Of a stretch of DNA of 64,000 bases, positions 63,535 to 64,000 are shown one piece after another (position 1 is the first letter of the stretch; the number at the start of each line of letters is the position of its first letter). The stretch spans positions 185,568,001 through 185,632,000 of the forward strand of contig NC_086097.1 of assembly GCF_963921235.1 (NCBI RefSeq). Direction: 5' to 3'. The translations under genes were made by a program, and so were the position numbers. Under the pieces are notes generated by a model, which saw only the letters and a list, made by a program, of their open reading frames with translations, searched no databases and was not told the origin of the DNA. The DNA is from Mobula hypostoma. Taxonomy: Eukaryota.

Positions 63535-63700
63535 TGGTCTCTTACAGATTTTTGCATAGAAGTGGGATTAAAGGTTATGGGGGAAGGGCAAGGTAGGTGG
63601 AGATGAGTCCATTGCCAGATCAGCCATGATCTTATTGAATGACGGAGCAGGCTTGATGGGCCAGATGGCCTACTCCTGCTCCTATTTCTTATGTTCTTAC
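63535..63700 (+). mobile_element. CR1 3'-end fragment
   Basis: aaggttatggggg...gatcagccatgatcttattgaatg...tggcctactcctgctcctattt. Confidence 0.7.
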
Positions 63701-64000
63701 CATACACTGTACAGCTGTAGCAAGACTTCTCTATTTTTATACATATTTTTTGCCGTAAAGGTCAGCATTTGGTTTGCCTTCCTAACTACTCATTGCCATT
63801 TGATCCAGTGTCCTCTTTGTTTTTGGGTTGGAGTTTGGGTATTGTACAGTGACTGACTTACCCCTGACACTAAGCACTTTCTCCCTTCACTGGGCACAAA
63901 TCAGGAGTGTTATGGAATACGCTACACTTGTCTAGATGAGTACAGCTCCACTAACTCAAGAAGATTGAGTTTATCCATTAAACTACAAAATGCTTTAATT

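Noticed and set aside
1..64000. Prokaryotic systems (CRISPR, retrons, group II introns, operons)
   Set aside because: Spliceosomal genes and vertebrate TEs throughout; no repeat-spacer arrays; all RTs fit eukaryotic retroelements.

Overview
Eukaryotic vertebrate DNA, most likely a cartilaginous fish (ray/shark; inferred from the repeat families, not proven). The window holds a complete 7-exon OTUD6B gene (- strand, 53092->22605, 294 aa, all GT-AG introns, phases consistent), coding exon 1 of LRRC69 (- strand) and coding exon 1 of PIP4P2/TMEM55A (+ strand, head-to-head with OTUD6B). This is the gene order I recall from human 8q21. Most other sequence is nested transposable elements: a collapsed Gmr1-like (PR-IN-RT order) LTR element plus an inverted solo LTR, a full-length RNase H-bearing Nimb/I-clade LINE, CR1 and Rex1/Babar LINE pieces, Tc1 and Tigger/MER2-like DNA elements and tRNA-SINEs. 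The most notable system is a family of Penelope-like (Neptune-type RT + GIY-YIG) retroelements whose 3' pseudo-LTRs carry a minimal hammerhead ribozyme motif (7 full-length motifs, one core-mutated, plus remnants). The copies include a young one with an open 824-codon ORF and an inverted arm, a longer-than-unit tandem copy, and a 133-bp insertion that is just the ribozyme plus tail. Also notable are a duplicated OTUD6B exon-2 acceptor in intron 1 and a 1.9-kb polypyrimidine tract before PIP4P2. All calls are by eye; no database searches were run.
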